A stretch of DNA of 33,473 nucleotides from Arcobacter sp. Its GTDB lineage: Bacteria; Campylobacterota; Campylobacteria; Campylobacterales; Arcobacteraceae. The notes beneath the pieces were generated by a model that was given only the letters and a program-made list of their open reading frames with translations, did not search any database and was not told where the DNA came from. The stretch spans positions 1 through 33,473 of the forward strand of contig CBFIGT010000012.1 in the NCBI GenBank assembly GCA_965662175.1, given 5' to 3'. The position numbers were made by a program, and so were the translations under genes. Within the stretch, counting starts at the first letter, position 1. The number at the start of each line of letters is the position of its first letter. Of this stretch, positions 28,724 through 33,473 are shown piece by piece.

Positions 28724-29568
28724 TGATTTTAGAACATGAAATACCAAAAGGAAGTCGTTTATATTTTGGAAAAACAGCTAAATTAAAAAGAGAATTAGAA
28801 AATAGAGTTAGTGAAATTTTATATTCAAAAGATTTTGAAGAGATTATAACTCCAAATTTTTCTTATTCTCAACATCAAGCAATAACTAATAATAAGAAAC
28901 TAATTACTTTTTCAGATGAAGAAAATAATCAAGTTGCACTTAGAGCTGATTCGACACTTGATGTTGTTAGAATTATTACTAAAAGATTAGGAAGAACAAC
29001 TACTCACAAAAAGTGGTTTTATGTTCAACCTGTATTCTCATATGCATCTAAAGAGGATTATCAAATTGGATGTGAATGGATTGACCATGATGAGATTAGT
29101 GATATCTTAAATCTAACAGCAGAAATTTTAAAAAGTTTAGAAATAGAACCTGTTTTACAATTATCAAATATCAATATACCAAAACTAGTAGCACAAGAGT
29201 TAAATATTGATATAGATTTATTTAAAAATGGTGAAATAGCACAACTTTTTGAGATGAATATTTCATGGCTAACAAGTTTAATAAAAGTTAAAAATATAGA
29301 AGATTTAAAAGCAACATTAGCTTTAGTACCAGAGCTTATAAAAAAAGAGTTAGAAAAACTTTTAAAAACAGCAATGGAAGTAGAGTATAAAAACTTAGTT
29401 ATAGCGCCACTTTATCATGGAAGTTTAAAATATTATGATGATGTTTATTTTAGAGTTATTCATAAAAACTTAACAGTATCAAAAGGTGGTAAATATAGTG
29501 CAGAGGGTATAAGCTCACTAGGTTTTGCACTTTATACAGATAGCTTATTAAAAATTTTAGAGGATTAA
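28723..29568 (+). CDS. hisZ: ATP phosphoribosyltransferase regulatory subunit (HisZ-like)
   Basis: EHEIPKG, LRADST, QIGCE, GGKY...GFALY; typical position upstream of purA. Confidence 0.85.
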   Translation: MILEHEIPKGSRLYFGKTAKLKRELENRVSEILYSKDFEEIITPNFSYSQHQAITNNKKLITFSDEENNQVALRADSTLDVVRIITKRLGRTTTHKKWFYVQPVFSYASKEDYQIGCEWIDHDEISDILNLTAEILKSLEIEPVLQLSNINIPKLVAQELNIDIDLFKNGEIAQLFEMNISWLTSLIKVKNIEDLKATLALVPELIKKELEKLLKTAMEVEYKNLVIAPLYHGSLKYYDDVYFRVIHKNLTVSKGGKYSAEGISSLGFALYTDSLLKILED

Positions 29569-29571
29569 TAG

Positions 29572-30825
<1,254 letters not shown>

Positions 30826-30829
30826 CAAG

Positions 30830-31381
30830 ATGAAAATGAAGTTACATCATACACCTTACATATCAAGACGAATCTCTAGAGATTTAGTTAATTGTGATTT
30901 TGTAGAGATAAGAAAAACTAGAGATGAAATCACAGCTGAAATCGAAAAAATTTTAGATGCAGATATTGAAAAAGAGCATGATTTAGATGAAAAGGTTGAT
31001 GAAATACTAGCTGAACAAGCAGAAGAAATAGAGTTTTTAAATGCAGATTATAGACAACTATTTTGGATGACTAAAAAAAGATTAGCAAATGAGTTTGGTG
31101 TTATATTAAACAATGAAGATAGATTTTCAGATATTGCACACCAACTTATGGATTTTTTATGGGAAGAGGATTACATTCATTACACAGTATCTGATAATAA
31201 GATTAAAAATGTAATTTCTGACTCAATAAGTGATTTTATCAAAGGTTTTGAAAAAGCAGATGATGCAGTTTTTGAGAAAATTAAAAACTATAAAAGAAAG
31301 TTAATTCCAGGAACTGAAGAGTACGATATTGTTTATCATAGATTATATGAAGAAGAATTAATAAAAAGAGGATTAATGTAA
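30830..31381 (+). CDS. DUF507 family protein
   Basis: Acidic helical protein ending YKRKLIPGTEEYDIVY..LYEEEL.KRG, between purA and carA. Confidence 0.8.
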   Translation: MKMKLHHTPYISRRISRDLVNCDFVEIRKTRDEITAEIEKILDADIEKEHDLDEKVDEILAEQAEEIEFLNADYRQLFWMTKKRLANEFGVILNNEDRFSDIAHQLMDFLWEEDYIHYTVSDNKIKNVISDSISDFIKGFEKADDAVFEKIKNYKRKLIPGTEEYDIVYHRLYEEELIKRGLM

Positions 31382-31382
31382 T

Positions 31383-32501
31383 ATGCAAAAAGTTTGGATA
31401 TATTTAGAAAATGGGACATATTTAGAGGCAAATTCATTTGGAGCATCTGGAACGACTGTTGGAGAAATAGTTTTTAACACATCATTAACAGGTTATCAAG
31501 AGATAATTACAGATCCAAGTTATGCAGGACAGTTTGTAACTTTTACAATGCCAGAAATTGGAAATATAGGTGTAAATGAAAATGATATGGAGAGTTCAAC
31601 GGCATACTGTAAAGGTATTTTAGTTAGAAATTATCATCATGAATACTCAAACTATAGAGCAGAGGGTGATTTAGATTCTTTATTAAAAAAACACAATGTT
31701 GTAGGTATTAAAGATATTGATACTAGATTTTTAACAAAAATGTTAAGAGATGAGGGAGCTATGATGATGATAGCTTCAACAGAAATCTCTAATAAAGAAG
31801 AGTTAGCAAAAAAATTAGCTGAATCTCCAAGAATTGAAGATATTAATTATATAGAACAAGTATCTACAAAAGAGCCATATATTCATAAAAAAGGTGCTTG
31901 GAATCATCAAAAACTAAAATACAACAAAGCTGTTATGAGTGATAAAAGAATTGTTGTTGTTGATTTTGGTGTTAAAAGAAATATTTTAAATGAACTTGTA
32001 GAATCAGGATTAGAAGTTGAAGTTGTACCATCAACATTTAATGCAGATGATTTAATCAAAAGATTTGAAAATAAAGAGATAGGTGGGATTTTCTTATCTA
32101 ATGGACCAGGTGACCCTTTAACTCTAACAAAAGAGAAAGAACAAGTACAAAAACTAATAGTAGCTGGTATCCCAATGTTTGCTATTTGTTTAGGACACCA
32201 AATGCTTTCTATCGCCCATGGATACGATACTTATAAACTAAAATTTGGTCAACATGGTGGTAACCATCCAGTTGCTAGTAATGGTATAGTAGAAATAACA
32301 GCACAAAATCATAACTATAATGTTCCTGATAATATTATAGAAATTGCTGAAATTACTCATATCAATTTATTTGATAATACAATTGAGGGTGTTAAATACA
32401 AAGATAAACCAATCTTCTCAGTACAACACCACCCAGAAGCAAGCCCAGGACCACATGAGTCTAAATATATCTTCAAACAATTTGCTGATATTGTAAGATA
32501 A
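31383..32501 (+). CDS. carA: Carbamoyl-phosphate synthase small subunit
   Basis: GEIVFNTSLTGYQE..TDPSY, LSNGPGDP, ICLGHQ, GGNHPV, QHHPEASPGPH. Confidence 0.98.
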   Translation: MQKVWIYLENGTYLEANSFGASGTTVGEIVFNTSLTGYQEIITDPSYAGQFVTFTMPEIGNIGVNENDMESSTAYCKGILVRNYHHEYSNYRAEGDLDSLLKKHNVVGIKDIDTRFLTKMLRDEGAMMMIASTEISNKEELAKKLAESPRIEDINYIEQVSTKEPYIHKKGAWNHQKLKYNKAVMSDKRIVVVDFGVKRNILNELVESGLEVEVVPSTFNADDLIKRFENKEIGGIFLSNGPGDPLTLTKEKEQVQKLIVAGIPMFAICLGHQMLSIAHGYDTYKLKFGQHGGNHPVASNGIVEITAQNHNYNVPDNIIEIAEITHINLFDNTIEGVKYKDKPIFSVQHHPEASPGPHESKYIFKQFADIVR

Positions 32502-32531
32502 GTTATCTTATTTTCGCAATTTCTCTTTTGA

Positions 32532-32586
32532 AATTCAAAGTTTGTTCGTCGCATACTTAATGTATGCTCCTCTCAAACTTTGAATT
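32532..32586. repeat. Compound stem-loop downstream of carA
   Basis: AATTCAAAGTTTG / CAAACTTTGAATT 13-bp perfect arms enclosing a 6x6 internal loop and GCATAC-TTAAT-GTATGC. Confidence 0.75.
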
Positions 32587-32816
32587 CCACCTTGACCTTA
32601 CAAAAAACAATAATTTCTTTTAATTATCAATTCTAAAAATAAATGTAAATCTCTTTAAAACTTATATTGACATTTTGTAAAAAGTACTGTCATAAATATT
32701 TTAATAAAATTTTAAAAGTAATATAGTTATAAATTTATAATTTATTAAATATATTTTAATTTCTTTTTTAGGAGTAATATAGTAAATTATCATAGTTAAA
32801 AAATGAAAGGTAGAAT

Positions 32817-33200
32817 ATGAAAAAGCAATTATATAGTTTGTGTTTAATCTCTTTATTTGGATTATCTATTTCTGGTTGTAATAAAGCTTCTCATGATGTT
32901 GAGCCAACGTATGTAAGTCAATATAAATATGAAAAAAAATCTTGTGAAAGTCTAAAAAGAGAATTAGAATACATTCAAGAGAGAGCAAATATTATGATGA
33001 AAAGAGTTGATGATAGAAAAGATAGTCAAGATACTAAACTAGCATTTGGTTGGTTGTTTTGGCCATCATACTTAATAATCGATGACAACTCCTCTGAATC
33101 ACAAGAATTATCAAAATTAAAAGGTGAATACAATGCAATAAATAGAGTTATTGATGAAAAAAATTGTAAAGAGGAAGTTAAAAATGAAAAAACTAAGTAA
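32817..33200 (+). CDS. Predicted lipoprotein
   Basis: MKK + hydrophobic stretch + ISGC lipobox; YEKKSCESL...GWLFWP...LKGEYNA...C. Confidence 0.8.
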   Translation: MKKQLYSLCLISLFGLSISGCNKASHDVEPTYVSQYKYEKKSCESLKRELEYIQERANIMMKRVDDRKDSQDTKLAFGWLFWPSYLIIDDNSSESQELSKLKGEYNAINRVIDEKNCKEEVKNEKTK

Positions 33201-33473
33201 TGGAATATTAATAATTATAGCTACATATTTTTTTACGGGTTGTGCACACAAAATTAGTATAACTCCTAAAGTAGATGAAATAATGTTAATTGAACCAAAT
33301 AATAAATCGAATGTTAATGCTGCATATTTTATATCTCAAGAAGATAGAGTTAAACTAATAATTACACCTGGTGGTGGTGGCGATAATGTTGAATATGCTC
33401 CTTACGGAGATACAGAAACAGCATTTAGACTAGTTTTAACAAAATTTTTTAATAAGGTATATTCATTAGATTC
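33184..33473 (+). CDS. Predicted lipoprotein, 5' part only (runs off the window)
   Basis: MKKLSNGILIIIATYFFTGCAHKISITP...TPGGGGDNVEYAPYGDTE...; FTGC lipobox, no stop before the window ends. Confidence 0.8.
   Translation, partial: MKKLSNGILIIIATYFFTGCAHKISITPKVDEIMLIEPNNKSNVNAAYFISQEDRVKLIITPGGGGDNVEYAPYGDTETAFRLVLTKFFNKVYSLD

Noticed and set aside
32668..32696. TTGACA -35 promoter or TGACA/TGTCA palindrome upstream of the lipoprotein
   Set aside because: No convincing -10 at proper spacing; arms too short to support a call

Overview
AT-rich chromosomal window that looks like a Campylobacterota (Arcobacteraceae-like) bacterium, judged from protein types, gene order and TATAAT-only promoters. 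1-790 is non-coding and looks like the distal end of an element integrated in a tRNA gene: a 17-bp tRNA 3'-end copy, phased TTACAACA repeats and a cluster of GNA-triloop hairpins. Next come a PQQ-type sugar dehydrogenase and a SelW/Rdx selenoprotein (CxxU, in-frame TGA, SECIS-like hairpin) that the ORF track missed. The centrepiece is a tightly coupled 11-gene, 13.4-kb operon (2670-16052). It joins glucosylglycerate synthesis (GpgP-like, GpgS-like, GalU) and breakdown (GH13_18 phosphorylase, glycerate kinase) to Pgm, Pgi and a full Entner-Doudoroff pathway, with no glucokinase or sugar transporter in the window. It is followed by a BLUF photoreceptor divergent from a DUF523-DUF1722 (YbgA/RudS-like) gene, DUF420, PhnA-like and two tandem SPOR+Sel1 paralogs. 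The rest is mostly housekeeping (purT, GH73, dapF, coaE, degenerate speE, purM, PAS-GGDEF, a Lys-rich histone-like peptide, class V aminotransferase, hisZ, purA, DUF507, carA), ending in two lipoproteins, the last one truncated. All assignments come from motif recognition by eye; no searches were run.
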